Of a stretch of 64,000 nucleotides of DNA, positions 63,257-64,000 are shown one piece after another. The DNA is taken from assembly GCA_973895155.1 (NCBI GenBank), contig OZ316892.1, positions 11,348,238-11,412,237 of the forward strand. The letters are read 5' to 3'. A model generated the notes under the pieces. The model ran no database searches. It had not been told where the DNA came from and saw nothing but the letters and a program-made list of their open reading frames with translations. The position numbers and the translations under genes were made by a program. The number at the start of each line of letters is the position of its first letter. The stretch's first letter is position 1. This DNA is from Marsupella aquatica (taxonomy: Eukaryota > Plantae > Marchantiophyta).

Positions 63257-63978
63257 TGTCTGGGGTTACCCCACCCTCTTCTTGTAGGTCTACCCACTTC
63301 ATGCACATGTGGGAAGCCTTGTGATGTCACACCATATCTTGTTTGTTGCAGTTTGGGAGGTGAAACCATAGTTGCCCGCATAGTTGTTCATGATGCTATT
63401 AGAGATGTTATTTTCTCAGGTTCTGTCTGAGTCTTTAGTACACGTGCGAGGGAGATGATGCTTGAGCTACCGGGTCCTCCACCCGAGCCTCCACCACAGC
63501 ATTCACGGGTTGATCTAACCATGGTCGGTGATGGTCGGCATACTTTGGCGGATGTTGTGGTATGAACTCTTTGCGTCAGGACCTCATAGAGTTAGCAGTG
63601 GCAACGGCAAGAGCAGCGGCATCCGAGTGGCCACGACAAAGGAGCCAAAATATGTCACTCAAGCTTCATCGGATTCCTTTCTCCCCCTTGCTATTGAGAT
63701 TTTGGGCATCTTCATCATCAGTTTGATGGGCTTCTTCGACAGGCTGCTTGTGCTATTCATGAACGGATGGGTCCCTCCGGATCCCCACTATCCATCTTGA
63801 CCATGCACTTTTGTCAGCGCATTTCAGTGGCCTTACAGTGTGCCCAAGCTTGCGTCATTTATTGTCGACCCCTCACAATGGGCGCCATCGTGCCTCCGAT
63901 CCACAAAAGCTAGCCCCCCTAGAGGACATTCCTGTCCCACTTGCTGATTTAGTTAAGACATTGGATGTGGCCTTTTAG
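63257..63978 (+). pseudogene. 5'-truncated, decayed C-terminus (zinc knuckle plus restriction-like endonuclease) of a CRE-like non-LTR retrotransposon
   Basis: Across frameshifts: LGLPHPLLVGL..CTCGKPCD...YLVCC..GGE / HDAIRD / RVDL...GRHTLADVVV / KEPKY...FLPLAIE.LG / LHHQFDGLLR...QRISVALQCAQA. This is the order of motifs in RLE-type element C-termini. Confidence 0.75.
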
Positions 63979-64000
63979 CTCTTCTCACTTTTTCCAATGT

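Overview
Eukaryotic nuclear DNA from a land plant. The gene and transposon types suggest a non-seed plant such as a bryophyte, but that is inference. Three intron-containing host genes can be modelled: a plastid-type carotenoid cleavage dioxygenase of the NCED/CCD4 clade (minus, 7353-10206), a TMEM209/PNET1-like nuclear-pore membrane protein (plus, 51824-55837) and a TLDc-domain protein (plus, 57571-59169). Most of the rest is transposon DNA with resolvable ends. There is one full-length PIF/Harbinger element (11546-18989, TAA TSD) with both ORFs open and carrying decayed exons of a mitochondrial Hsp60 gene. There are three full-length Ty1/Copia elements (two Tnt1/Tork-like, one Bianca-like with 108-bp LTRs), five non-autonomous Helitrons with stacked termini, MITE-like hairpins and the C-terminal remnant of a CRE-like non-LTR retrotransposon. 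The best leads are: an in-frame UGA at the same gag/pol position in two divergent Copia elements (possible recoding or splicing switch), the Hsp60 cargo, the CRE-like remnant, and a duplicate of the TLDc 3' end that differs only at synonymous sites. No rRNA, tRNA or CRISPR array was seen. All alignments were done by eye, with no database searches.
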